Source of the DNA: Chiloscyllium plagiosum
Taxonomy: Eukaryota
DNA length: 60,914 nucleotides
NCBI RefSeq assembly: GCF_004010195.1
Contig: NC_057719.1
Location: 54,559,419-54,620,332, forward strand
Direction: 5' to 3'
Part shown: piece by piece, positions 36,960 to 50,244 of the stretch
Position numbering within the stretch: position 1 is the stretch's first letter
How the letters are laid out: every line of letters starts with the position of its first letter
Position numbers and translations under genes: made by a program
Notes under the pieces: generated by a model
Database searches by the model: none
Told to the model about the DNA's origin: nothing
The model's input: only the letters and a program-made list of their open reading frames with translations

Positions 36960-37690
36960 ACAAAATATGTGATAAATCTATATTAAAAACTAACTGGGTC
37001 AGATTTGACTGAAGTATCTAATTCTGGACATTGCCCTTTAGGGAGTATGCAAAGGCTTTAAAGAGGGTGCAAAAAGATTAATGAACTTCATGCAGTTTGA
37101 AGGGTGGGTTAGAGAAAATAGGTTATTTTCTATAGAGATTAGAATTAGATGAGATTTGATGGAGGAATTTCAAATCATAAGTATCTTAAATAGTGTGGAG
37201 AGTTTTTTTTCTGCTAGATCACCGCTAAAAACTCAATCCTGAAAAGTATGACATGATGCGGGGCTTATTCTCCTTAGAACAAAGACTGAGGGGGTTCTGA
37301 TCGTGATGGACAAAGGTCTAAGGAGAATGGACAGGCTAGATAGAGTGAAACCTTTCCCCTTAGTTGAGGGGTCAATAACCAGGCGACACAGTTGAAAGGT
37401 GAGGAGCAGAGGGCTTAGAGGGGGATTTCAGAAACATTTTTTTCACTCAAAAGGTTTGCGGGAATCTGGAACTCTGACTAAAAGCATGCTAGAGGTGGAA
37501 ACCCACAAGACATTTAAGAACAATTTGGATGAGCATTTGAAACACCACAGTATACAAGGCTATAGGCTAAGTGTGAGAAAATGGGATAAGAATAGATGGA
37601 TATTAAATGGCTAGATAGGGTTTGAACTCCAGAGGTAGAAACACTATTTCTGTGCCACAAGAAGCCTGTGTTATGTACTGTGCCACTTTT
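36960..37690 (+). mobile_element. Two old CR1 3' fragments
   Basis: ALKRVQKR-like sequence at ~37055. GLFSLEQRLRG, ITRRH.LKVR and FKN.LDEHLK from 37260. Confidence 0.65.
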
Positions 37691-38003
37691 AATTTTCCTC
37701 ACATTTGGAAAATCTAACCAAGATTTTCAAACCAAGTAAAAAGTGACTCTGTGACTTGGGAAATGTGTTTCTAAAATATTATCCTTCTGCAATGCTCAAA
37801 GAAAAGAAAATTGGCCAGTGAAACATTAGTTGTCAATTCATGACAAGTGCCTTTCACACAGCTGGCATAGACCAGTTTCATCCCCTGGAGGTGAGGACCT
37901 CCTGCTGTACAGAATACAATTTTGACAGCTCATGCAAATATGTTATATACTTTGTTTTCTAACTGGATTTTAGTATTAATGTCAATTCGCAGTGTTATAT
38001 GTT

Positions 38004-38580
38004 CATAAATTCATAAGATATAGGAGTAAAATTAGATCATTCAGCCCATCGACTATGCTGCACCCTTCAATCATGGTTGATATGTGCCTCACCCCCATTT
38101 TCCTGCCTTTCTCCATATCCCTTCAACCCAATACCAATTAAAAATCTGTCTAACTCCTCCTTAAATTTACTCACTGTCCCAGCATCCACTGCACTTTGGG
38201 GTAGCAAATTCCACAAATTCACAACCTTTTGGGAGAAGTAGTTTCTCCTCAGCTCTGTTTTAAGTTTGCTATCCCTTATCCTAAGACTATGACCTCTTGC
38301 CCTAGAATGCCCCACAAGAGGAAGCATCCACTCCACATCTATTTTATCTATATCTTTTATCATCCTGAATACCTCAATTTGATGCCCCCCACTCTTCTAA
38401 AGTCAAGAGAGTACAGGCCTAAACTGCTGAATCTTTCTCCATATGACAAACCTCTCATTTCTGGGATCAATTGAATGAACCTTCCCTGAACTGCCTCCAA
38501 TGACACTACATCTTCCCTCAGATAAGGGGACCAAAACTGTGCACAATACTCCAGGTGCAGTCTCATCAATGCCTTGCATG
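38004..38580 (-). mobile_element. CR1 3' fragment
   Basis: ORFs 38360-38569 (HLEYCAQFWSPYLR) and 38067-38363 (RARGHSLRIR..ELRRNYFSQKVVNLWN). Confidence 0.9.
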
Positions 38581-41449
38581 GAATTTACATCTACGTTAAA
38601 CATTCCTGGATAGATTGTAAGCAGAAATGGAGATTATCAAGAGTGTAGTATCCTTAAACTGCTGATATACAAACACTCCTATTACCAATCCTGTATGTCT
38701 TAAGGTTTTCACTATTGTGTTCTATTTCAGGTTGTGAGGACTGCACTATAGCACTAAGTCAAGATGTTCTTTAACAACTCATGGTTAACTCTCAGATGGA
38801 ACAGAGAAGGAAGGCAACAAGTGCAAACTCAATCTCAGTGTCTTTGGCTTAAGTAGTATGTGACGTGGTCAATCTAGGCTACTTATTCATGACAAATATT
38901 CAATTAACTTTGATGTGCACAGATTAGTATTGGATGAAGAGAGGATCAGACCATGCATCATACACTGCATATTCACAAACCTGTCCATGCTTCTGACCTA
39001 TACTTCACAAACAACCCCTCACGTGATGTACTTGAGAACTGAAATTTGCTTGGGTTCATGTACAAACAGGAGTTTCCACCTTCATGTGACATGGATAAAG
39101 TATCTGACAAACAAAACAGGTAAAAGCAATTCCATTCCCATTACAACTGACCAAAAATCCACCCTGCACAACTTTAAGAAATGATTTGTGCAGTTGATCA
39201 TATAAGTTGCATATGGAAAATACTCTCAGAATTATTTGAAGTCAGTAGTTGTATGTTTTTGCCAAAGCTTCCAAAAAACACAAGTCCCTGAAATAGAAAA
39301 ATCTTAGTCATTGAAATAACGGCTTGTATGGGTGGTGATCAGATTATATGTTTGTACTGTAGCATCATGGAGGACTCCAAGGCAGCACAAATAGAATTAT
39401 TTGGGTGAGGCATCACCAATAATGATATAATTTGTTGAATATCTTCATAACTAAACCCAATACTATGAACATTTCTTTACATTTTCCTGCATGCTTGGCA
39501 TCCAAATGAATCATTCAGCTAGAAAGGTAAACGATTTTAGTGTTATATTGCATATTAAAATAAATAATTAAATTTGTATTTTCCACTTTATTTTAACCCA
39601 TTTTAAATCTAACCCATCACATTAATAGCATTTCCAAGATTTTCACAGGGAAATTAATATTTCATACCTGTGCTTATTATAGTTCTGACTTTAAAACATC
39701 CAAATATAAAATCGTGGACTACTTTACTGCTATGTTATGCTTGTGGAATAAATACGTGCAATTGGAAGGTATAAAATATGGAATTCACCCTCTTTTCAAA
39801 GTGCATGTCAGTTATTTGGCATGGAGGGATAAATTCAGTGTTCACTGACTGGCTATTAAGCATCTGCTATAAATGTCAACAGCAACAGTTTTGCACAATC
39901 TGCTGTCACATTTTTGAAATGTGCAGCTCAATGTGTTCATGTTTCAATAACCATTGCATCACATATCTCAGCCATAATGTGTTGCTTACCTGGACACAGT
40001 ATCTTTAGGAGGTTCAATGGACATGGGTGGGGAAGTGGGTGGATCTCACTGAACTGAAGTAAATCTCTTCTCTTAGCTGTATGAGTAAGTGTGTCATGAT
40101 TGGGGACAACACAATGTTCACAGGAATAAAAAAGTTGAAGGTCACAAATATAATGAATGTTCTAGCATGCTTCGTATTGGAATAGAAGACCTTGTACTTG
40201 TTAAAATATTAAGCTACATCTCATAGTTAATCATCTGGTGGCCCAATATTCCAGCAAGTTAAACACTGGAACATTCATTATAAGCCTGTTTAAATGATGT
40301 ATGTTCCTCGTACCTGGTTCATTGACATATACTAATTGGCATGATTTTGATCTAAATGGAAAAATTAAGAATTTAAGCAAAATAAATATTATTTTGCAAA
40401 AAGAATTTGATCATGATATATTTTGTTAGCAGAACAATTTTACATTTCACCTACCACCACCTCTGTAAATGATATGGATAGGTTGATATTTATCATGCTG
40501 AAAGCTTGCCGTGTAGACTATTATGACATTTTAAAGAACCCACTTTGTATGTTAATAGAATCTGTTCTTAATTCTTATTGAAAAATCACTGAATGTTTTC
40601 AATGTAAAATAAACATTATGAAATTTTACTCATGGTAAACCATGTCGCTATTATTAATATAGTAACTTTTCTCTACTTAAATTGTAATGTTCATTGGATA
40701 TTAATAAAATTACTTCCCATAAAGTAGGGTATAATGACATCAATACAGATTGGGACAGGTAGTTTATCCCACAGCAAGATAATATCACTAGGACCAAGTG
40801 TTCTACTCTTTCAACCAAAAATACCATCATGAAAAATTAATAATGATGGATTATTTTAGAACACAATTTATTTCTGAAATGAAATTATAATCAATTATTA
40901 CCAAGGAAAAGATAAAATTGCATTTTCCATTACAGATTTGTTTCTATTTAGTGACCTTGAATGATTAGAAGCTAATTAATCAATATCATAATTGTGTCGC
41001 ATTGTACATTACTATACTGTGGAATGAATCGATATTTGGGCAGTTATTTTATGAGTCACTTTTCATGGGTCTATTATGTTTTCCTATCCCCCAGCTTCAA
41101 TATATTGTTTTCTATTTTATGCAAATATCCCATTGAAGTTTATTCTTTTAGAAGTGCTCTGCCTGAAAGCAGGTGCTTAGGTCATCGTCAATTAATGCTT
41201 CGTCCTGAACTGTTTTCTTGGTAGTTTTTGTCAGTGCTAGTTTATCATTGCCTTCTACTGAAGGGTGAGGAGGCAGGTCTCTAGTCTACCTCACCTGGAA
41301 CAGAAATCAAACTTGTTCTGTTGGTGCTATTGTAATACACGTGTTAGCTGTGTAAACTACATTGAAGTAATCTTCCAGATTCCAAAACTGTGGTCTGCAT
41401 AGCTGACTGATTTCTGCAGGTACATCAAGTAGCACTAAAAAAGAAGAGG

Positions 41450-44220
41450 AGGCTTGCTGAAGTAGTAATGTCATTGGATGAATAATCTAAAGACCAAAAT
41501 TAACGCTCTGGAAATAAGGATCCAAAACCCCTCATGGCAATTGGTGAAATTTGCTTTCAATTAATAAATCTGAAATGATAACTTAATACAATAATGTTCA
41601 TTGTTATAAAAATCTATGTGGTTATCTAATGCCCTTTAGGGAAGGTAAAGCTGTAATCCTTACCTGTCATCCAGGTCCACAGCAATATAGTTAATTGTGA
41701 AATGGCCTAGTACTTGTATCAAATTCTTACAAATCTTAATGAAATGAATGTTCTATACCCATGACTGTGTCACCAAATACCAGACTAATGCCATTTACAA
41801 GTTCTCTGATGACACCACCATAGTCAGTCGAATCTCAGATGGCGATGAAACAGACTACAGACGGGAGGTGGAAGACCTGGAAAAATGGTGCACTAGAAAC
41901 AGCTTAGTTCTCAATGCCAGCAAAACCAAGAAACGCATTATTGACTTTCGGCAGGATGTTACTCATGTCTCCCTACACATTAACAGCACAGAGTTGGAAC
42001 AAGTAGAGAGTGTCAATCTCCTGGGAGTGGTCATCCACAACAAGCCTTTTTGGACTCTTCATGTGGACGCATTGGTTACAAAGGCCCAACAACATCCCTT
42101 CTTCCTCAGGCAGCTGAGGAAATTTGACATGACGGTGAATACCCTTGCCAACTTTTATAGGTGCACCGAGAGCATCCTGTCTGGATGTATCACTACCTGG
42201 TATGGCCACTGTACCATTCAAGATCGGAGACAATTACAGAGAGTGGTGAACTCGGCCCGGACAATCACAAAGGCCAACCTTTCATTTATCTACCAGGCCC
42301 ACTGTCAAGGAAAGGCCACCAGCATTCTTAAAGATCTGTTCCACACCCCTCCCCGGCAATGTTTTTCGACAACCTCTACCATCAGGGAGAAGGTACAGAA
42401 GCCTGAACACATGCAACAGCCAGTTTAGCAATAGTTTCTACCCTACCCAGTATTCAGTTGGAATACTGAAAGGACTCACAAACTCTTAACCTCTGCCTGT
42501 ACCTGTGCTTTTGTTTATGGTGCTGTTTACCTTTAACTTACTTATCTACGCTACTTAACTATATGATCTGCCTGCATTGCTCAAAAGACAAAGCTTTTCA
42601 CTGTGCCTTGGTACATGTCACAATAAATTCAATTCAATTTGAGATGGACCACTCAGGCAATAAAGCAGCAGAAAACCTAGACCTGCTGAACTTGCAAAAT
42701 CCTCATTACGAACATCTCAAATTCACCCCCACAAAGGCACTGTGGGTCAACCCATAGCAGGTGGACTGCAGTAGTTCAAGAAGGCAGCTCACCACCACCT
42801 TCTCAAGGGCAACCAGGGATGGGCAATAAATGCTGGCCAGCCAGTGACACACACATCCCAGAAATGAATGTATAAATTAATACAAAAATCTGGAGGAGAG
42901 CAATAAAATTGGGAAAACTGTCCCAAAGACAATTTAAGCAACAGCTTGTCATTGTCAGGAGGGCAAGATTCTGTTCTGTTAATTCAGTTTCACAAATGTT
43001 GCCATTACCATCCCTGTTATTTCATGTCCCACTAACAGGGCAGTCTCACCAGAAGTAGAAACTCTATGGTATGTTATTAGGAAGGAACAATTCTGGGATT
43101 TTGTGAAATCTCATGGTATCATGGCGAAAATGGGCAAAATACCTGCTGATTACCAACAACATCACACACACACACAATGATTCAATGCTCATCCATGAAT
43201 GTCAATTCTCCTGGAGGTGGCACAGGCACTGAATGTACTTTGGTTGGAGAGATCAATGCCCATCTCCAAGAGGAGCTCTGTAGCATTGATACTCAGCATG
43301 CTCATTGAGTCCAAAAGGATGTAATTGGTAGACTGGGCCTGTGAGGGAATGAAGAAGTTAAAACAACTTATTTGATCTTATCCTCATCAACACACACAAT
43401 CTAAAACAGCATTGGAAGGAGTGAGGAACACACAGTTCTTATGGAGACCTGATGGCTCATACCCTCTCTACCATTACCAACTAGCCAAGGGACTAATTTT
43501 CACTCAAATTTGCAAAAGATATGCCAGAAGCAACACCAGACATACCTAAAAATAGATGAAGACCCATTGAAGTTCCAACACTGGCTTGCTCAACAATGGA
43601 AGCAGCATGCAATTCACAGATATAAGGAATTCCATAATCAATGAACCGATCTGTTTACGCTCCTCAATCCTTCCATACCAAGTAGTGAATGGGGGTAGAT
43701 TATTAAGCAACTGAGGAGGAGAAGGCTCCATAAATATCCTCATCCTCAATGATGGGGGAACCCTGTTTATTATTCCAAAGGCAAGGCTGAAGCATTTCCA
43801 TCTATCTTCAGCCAAAGTTATTACATAGATGATCCAGCACACCTTCTCTCTTCAGATTCTGACATGACACATGCCAGTCTTCAGCCAATTCAGTTCACTC
43901 TAACTGATGCGCAGAAATGACCGAATATATTGGTTACTTCAAAGGTTATGGCCACTGAAAATATTTTGGCCGTAAGACTGAAGAATTGTGCTTCAGAATT
44001 TGTCATGTCCCTGGCTAAACTGTTCCAGTGCAGCTACAACATTGGTAACTACCCAGCAATGCAAAAAATTGGCCAGATACATAAAAAAATGATAAAACTG
44101 TCAATTTGGCTGAATACTACCCTTTCATTCTGTTCTCATTCATTAATAAAGTAATGGAAGGAGTGGTCAACAGTGCTCTCAAGCACCAATTGCGCGCAAA
44201 TGACCTGTTTATTGACACTT
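41450..44220 (+). mobile_element. Old CR1/L2-group LINE 5' half (SINE-like 5' region, APE, RT start) with nested insertions
   Basis: Decayed KLGKLSQRQFKQQ (~42905), NVLWL..NAH (~43232), LFDLILIN (~43367) and LAKLFQCSYNIG.YP (~44010). A same-family 3' tail sits at 42735-42870. Confidence 0.6.
41746..42640 (+). mobile_element. Rex1/Babar-type LINE 3' fragment
   Basis: ORF 41748-42428: YTHDC..IYKFSDDTTIV..YRREV..WC..N.L.LN.SKTK..IIDFR..KAQQ..FFLR.LRKF..FYRCT.ESILSGCITTWYG. Tail AAAGCTTTTCACTGTGCCTTGGTACATGTCACAATAAA(TTCAA)n. Confidence 0.88.
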
Positions 44221-44562
44221 AGTGCCGAATCTTACCAGAAATCAGCTGTCATTTTTGTTGAGTATCATGGAGTTTCTCTGCAAGGCCGAGCAAGTTTACA
44301 TAAGCTACTGGCCCAAACCCATCTCATGCGCTCCCACACTCCTAATGCTGTACCTCTTATCTGATGCTAGTTGCATTCTCCTGTGCATCATAATTGGAAG
44401 CACTCACTACTGCCAGATATCCTGTGATCAATGACATGGGTCTTTGTACAATCTTTCCACAAACATTGAACAGATTCCTTATTTTAAAGATCATTGTGCA
44501 TCCAGACAAGTGCTGGCAGTTCGGACCTGCCTTACACGATTGGAAAAATTCACCTGGGATTT

Positions 44563-44650
44563 TGCTTCAGAATTTGTCATGTCCCTGGCAAAACTGTTCC
44601 AGTGCAGCTGCAACGTTGGTAACTACCCAGCAATGCACAAAATTAGCCAG
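44563..44650 (+). repeat. 88-bp local duplicate of LINE segment 43989-44076
   Basis: TGCTTCAGAATTTGTCATGTCCCTGGC.AAACTGTTCCAGTGCAGCT.CAAC.TTGGTAACTACCCAGCAATGCA.AAAATT.GCCAG occurs in both places with ~5 differences. Confidence 0.9.
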
Positions 44651-45789
44651 CAGACAACGATGTGCGATTGTGTTTAATTAACGAGCAAAATCGATGAATG
44701 CCGAAAATAGCCTCTACGCAGTAACCGCAGTAATACAGGTCGGTGGGGCAATAGAATTCCAAAGTACAATTCTTACATATATTAAAACTCTAGCAATATG
44801 GTGCTATGCAATTGTATCTATTGTTCACAAGAGGTTGCATAACATCTGGCCTGGGGAGGTTTAAACATTTGCTCAGGGTTGGCTGCTTCTGGGACTGGAC
44901 TGTCTGTCCGGGCTGCTCGCATAATTATGAAGTATTAGTCTTTTTATCTTTTAAGTTAGTAAATAAGTTAGACATTATACATGCACTAAATAAAAGTATA
45001 AAGGATACTACACTGATTACCACAGCTGAGCCATGAGATTTTATTTATGATTACTGGTCTGACAGTTCTCATTCATGTAATTTCACAGAAGCACTGTTTT
45101 GATAGTAAGTTTCTTAAAGGTGACAGTGGCTCTATTTAATATGTATTTAATAAGTACATACTAGTTGGGGAAACTGTTTGATGTTCTGTATCTATTTAGG
45201 TTCTGAGAGAAGATTGGGAAGGGCTGATTAATATTATAAGCTTTCCATAATTTCAGGTGAGTCATAGAGCCGCGGTGGTGGGGATGGACATTACAATATT
45301 GACACATTATCAGGAGTAGTCTTTGAAGTAGAAATGAGCCTAAACACTACTTGCAGCATGGAGTTGATAGGGATTGAAAATGTGAAGAAGCAGTATTGGG
45401 TTAGAAGGGGTGTTTATTTAGTTTAGTCTATCTTGAAACAGTAAAATGTACTAGGAAAATGTGTTTTTATGAATGAATGAATGAATGGGAATGTGGTTTT
45501 AGTAAATATAGTGAGCTGTTGAGTGAGTTAATACAACACAGTATCTCACAAGGGATAATTCACACCCTATCTAACAAACAATTATCTGGAGGTCCTGGTG
45601 GATGGGGTGGTAGGAGGGAAGACATTTTTCCCAGAACCAGCAGAGGAGATCAAAACTTCAGAATCTCTTAGTCTGGTCAAGGTGTCCACTTGGGTCAGTG
45701 CAGTCTCCATGGTCTGGAGAAGCGCTCAACAGTGTCAAAGCCAGTGTCAATAACCTTCTCTGCTCTACTAGGGTAAGTGTCACCATCGG

Positions 45790-47382
45790 GCACTGCCCAA
45801 TCTATCTCCTACCGTAGATTCACAAACCTGACTTCCCCAGTCGACCCATTGTCTCAGCCTGCTCCTGCCCCGCTGAACTCATCTCTGCCTACCTTAACAC
45901 TGTTCTGTCCCCCTTTGACCAGGAACTCCCTACCTACATTCAGAACACCACCCACACCCTTCACCTCCTCAAGGATTTTCGTTTCCCCGGCCCCCCAATG
46001 CCTCATCTTCAACATGGACTTTCAGTCCTTGTTGTCACAAAACTGATCCATTTTATTTTCTAAAGGCTGTTCCTTGGCTCAAGGATACTCTGTCCTTGAT
46101 TTATTTCAGGGGGTAATAAAGCAGGCAGGGCTCTGATCAGTCTGGTTTGGTACAGAGATGAAAAGGATTTTGAGAGGCCTTTTGTTTATATGTAAACAGA
46201 TGAGACTTCAGGTCAAAGTGGTCACATTTTAGAAGTGACCCAGAGAATGAAAGGGAAGTGGTCAGCTCTCCAGCTGAGCAGTTTAGTTCAGTCCAGAACT
46301 GGTTGGGAGTTCAACAGTGAACTGTGTGGAAACTCTCTCTCCTTCCCTTCTAACTTCAACCTGTAAGCAACTGACCTTTTTTTTATATACTGTGTTTTAA
46401 AGGGGCTTTGCTTATTGGGACTGTTGTATATATTCGGAACAGCATGCTTCAGTCTAGTTTGGATAGACTGAGTTCTGTAGGCATTCTTTATTCTGTTCTT
46501 TGTGTTTCATTGCGTGATTTTGTGAATAACTTTTTTGACTGTTTTAAACCTGGTAATCAACCTCACTAACTTAATCTGAGTCATTTTCACTGTACACTTA
46601 AATAAATTGCGAAGTTATGATCTGGGCTGCCTGCTTAAGAATGTTTTGAGTGTCTGGCCTAGCCCACAACACATCCATCCGCCATGAAGAAGGCCTCCAA
46701 GCCCTCCGTTTCTTCCTCTCATGCCATCCCAAACAGTACTCTTCTACCAACACCCTTATCCGCCTGGCTGAACTAGTCCTCATCCTTAACAATTTCTCCC
46801 TCCAATCCTCCCATTTACTCCAAACCAGAAGAGTAACCATGGGCACCCACATGGGCCACAGCTATGCCTGCCTGTTTGTCAGGTATGTGCAACAGTCCAT
46901 CTTCTGCAGTTACAGCGGCAACACTCCCCATCTGTTCCTCCGCTACATCGATGACTGTATTGGTGCCACCTCATGCTCCCATGAGGAGGTTGAACAGTTC
47001 ATCAACTTTACCAACATCTTCCATCACAACTTCAAATTTACCTGGACCATTCTGGGCACCTCCCTTCCCTTCCTGCACCTCTCCATTACCATCACTGGCG
47101 ACCAATTAACCATGACATCTACTACAAGCCCACCGACTCCCACAGCCACCTAGACTATATCTCCTCCCATCCTACCTCCAATAAAAATGCTATTCCTTAT
47201 TCCCAATTTGTCCACTTCATCTGTTCTTAGGAAGTCCAATTCCACCTTAGAAAATCCCAGATGGCCCCCTCTGCATACATCGCATCGTTCTCTGCCACTT
47301 CCAGCATCTACAAATGGATCCCACCACCAAATATATTTTCACTCCTCTCCCCTATCAGCATTCCAGAGATACCATTCCCTCA
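45790..47382 (+). mobile_element. PLE RT fragment interrupted by a solo LTR
   Basis: LIFNMDFQSL (46000-46030) continues after the insertion as TSIRHEEGLQALRFFL..LAELVL.LNNF..MGT.MG.SYACLFV..LFLRYIDDCIG (ORF 46650-47153). Confidence 0.88.
46030..46671 (+). mobile_element. Solo LTR-like insertion (~640 bp)
   Basis: Non-coding block that splits the PLE RT exactly. Ends are TGTTGT...ACAACA and AATAAA lies at 46601. No clear TSD. Confidence 0.75.
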
Positions 47383-47390
47383 GCGGGCGA

Positions 47391-47537
47391 ATTTTGTGAA
47401 TAAAGTTTTTGTCTGTTTTAAACCTGGTAACCAACCTCACTAACTTAATCTGGGTAATTTTCACTCTACACTTACTTAAATAAATTGCAAAGTTATGGTC
47501 TGGGCTGCCTGCTTAAGAATGTTTTGATTGTCTGGCC
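47391..47537 (+). repeat. Second copy of the 3' ~145 bp of the LTR (46517-46659)
   Basis: ATTTTGTGAATAA..TGTTTTAAACCTGGTAA.CAACCTCACTAACTTAATCTG..TCTGGGCTGCCTGCTTAAGAATGTTTTGA.TGTCTGGCC. Confidence 0.9.
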
Positions 47538-47544
47538 AGGTTTT

Positions 47545-47770
47545 CTTCAGGTCCAGCTCACCACACATCATTCCAGACTGGTAACTATATCATCATTCCT
47601 TCAGAGTTGCTGGGACAAAATTCTGTAATTCCTTTCCTAACAGCACTTTGTTGTCCACACAGGAATTGCAGCGGTTCAACAAGACAACTCACCACCAATT
47701 TCTCCAGTGCAATTAGAGATGGGCAATTATTGTTGGCATTGCTAGTAGCATCCAAATACCCTGAGTAATT
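47545..47770 (+). mobile_element. 3' end of the old CR1/L2-group LINE
   Basis: Homologous to 1510-1725. Confidence 0.7.
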
Positions 47771-49840
47771 AAAAGGAAAAGGCAGATTAATCAGATTTCT
47801 CAACAAAGAATTTTAAACATTTAATAACTTAAATTATTGTGAGTCTTTAACTTCAACTACTACACCATACCTGCCAAATATTCATATATATCATGCTCAG
47901 TACATAGAGAACAGCATATACATCAAATTTACTTAAATATATTTTGTTGTATAATTTTAATTCATCTTTATTTGTGCTTGTTCTCTCTTCTATACAATTC
48001 TTCTATTTCTTGTCCCATTCTCTGAATGTGAAGGGGAGTGTATGACCTACTTCCTGATGTTTCACTAAACTTCAGGTATGTAAGACTGAACCAATTGTAA
48101 ATCATTAACTATATGTTGGCATAAATGGTCTTGTGTCTTTTCCATTCAAATATTATAAGTCACAACTATTGCTGATGAAAATACTGAACTATTCTTGATC
48201 CCATTTCAAGTAGATCTTCTGCAGAAATAATACTGTATATCATTGTTTCAATCTTTGAGAAAATAAGCAAGTTTAAATGTAGATGCCAATGAAGAGGAAC
48301 AATTTCAAATCCTACTATTTTCAAAAAATCTCTTGATTATATTGCTATTTTTAGATGGCAATAAATTCTTCTCCATTTGGAGCATAGTATGTATAAAATG
48401 TTTTATGGCTATACAGTCATTATCTTTTCAGTTCTGTAATTCAGAAATTGCAAATGTTACGAAGTGAAGGTATCCAATTTGGCTAGCTCTGAAGAAGGAT
48501 CACCAAAGTCAAAGCATTAACTCTGCTTTCACTGCACATATGCTGCCAGACCTGCTGAGTTTCTCCAGCTATTTCCATTTTTTGTATGCCTAGATTGAAG
48601 CTGGGTTTAAAATGTACCCATTTTATCACCTGTGTATTTTTGTTTTTTGGAAATTCTGTTTATTTTTAAAAACAAGCAGACATGTTCATTCAACTTAAAA
48701 AATGGTGATACTAAAATCTGTGCATATGTGTATGCATGTAAATCCGGTGCTTTGTCCTGTTGCATGTATGTAACAGAATATCTCTAATCCATAGTTATCA
48801 GTCTCAGGCTGCAAGCTATGTAACCAAGTTATGAGTAATAGTTCTCAGTCAACCTTTCCTTTAAGATATTCTGTGAAAATAAATCCTTTACAGCTTTGAA
48901 TACTTGATTTAATCTTGAAATCTACCATCTTATTGAGTACATACCAAGTGGGATATGTTTCATTTATTTATTTACTTTTTAAATCATTTTTTGCTTTTGA
49001 CCCATATTAATACGCCTTCATTATTTTTTCATAACACTGCTTCTTTTCCCAAGGACAACATACAAAGGGAACAGGAGGCAATTGACTTTTATAAAGAATG
49101 AGATTCTTCACCACTTACTATTATCAAGGACGGATGAAGAAAGATTCCTTTGAAACCTTGCACAGGTTCTAATCCCAATACAATCAATAGTCATTTAAAA
49201 CAGGTTGGGTTAAACTTTCAGAGCTGTTAGTAATCATTACTGTAAATCAAACAATACTATTAGAATTCTTAACAATTGAGATTCCTTTTTCTGACTCATT
49301 TCAGAGTTGTCTGAATCATTTAATTTTTCTGCTGTTGAAAGCAATGGGGCGCTATTCTGAATACAAAACAAACATTTGTTCTAGAGAATTCAATGTTCTA
49401 GCTGTTTCACTTTCATGCTGTTTTTACTGGAAGATTCCAATTTAGATGTGCAAAAAAAAAATTAGGAATGATCATTTTTGAAGACATATTCTACCTTTTT
49501 GCATGGCCAATAAACCATTGTCATATTTTCAGATGTTGTTGCTGCTAGCTTCTTTAACTTCTGGTTACCAGCCACTGGTGGCTTGTGGCTCGGGTAATTA
49601 TTGCTACTAATCTTTTCTAATTCTCTGAGTTGCCCTCACGGAGGCACTCTTCGACACTATCTCAGGTTTTTGGCATCATCTGAGGACATTTAATCTCATG
49701 GTTATCCATCATGGAAGACAGCTGCACGGTATAATTAGTACTTGTTTGTTGCGGTATTCTGGATTCCTACAATAGGCAATTTCTTCTCGATGCCCAAATC
49801 CTGAATCTGAGGAGATTGCCCTCACTTCCATGGAGCTTGT

Positions 49841-50064
49841 ATAAAAAAAAAATCACATAACACCTGGTTATAGTCCAGCAGGTTTATTTGGAAGCATTAG
49901 CTTTCTGAGTGCTGCTCCTTCATCAGGTAGCTGTCATCAGGTAGATGAAGCAACAGTGCTCAGAAAGCTAGGGCTTCCAAATAAACCTGTTGGACTATAG
50001 CCTGGTGTTGTGTGATTTTTAACTTTGTCCACCCCAGTCCAACACCAGTTCCTCCACATCATGG
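49841..50064. mobile_element. Palindromic PLE-derived element (same family as 22210) with 16-bp TSD
   Basis: Inverted arms. TSD CTTCCATGGAGCTTGT (49825-49840) and CTTCCATGGAATTTGT (50065-50080). Confidence 0.88.
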
Positions 50065-50142
50065 CTTCCATGGAATTTGTCACTTGGCAATTCCTCAGGA
50101 GCAAAGAGAGTGGAATCTCTATCTGAAGACATCGTCTAGCTA

Positions 50143-50244
50143 GGAGAAAGTGAGGTCTGCAGATGCTGGAGATCAAAGTTGAAACTTTATTGCTGGAACA
50201 GCACAGCAGGACCTGCTGTGCTGTTCCAGCAATAAAGTTTCAAC
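50143..50244. mobile_element. Young PLE-terminus insertion forming a perfect 33-bp hairpin, with perfect 14-bp TSD
   Basis: Arms 50178-50210 and 50212-50244 are exact reverse complements. ACATCGTCTAGCTA occurs at 50129-50142 and 50243-50256. Confidence 0.92.

Noticed and set aside
49030..49170. Exon candidate after TTCTTTTCCCAAG
   Set aside because: Frames examined hit stops and the donor is weak; cannot be supported without transcripts.
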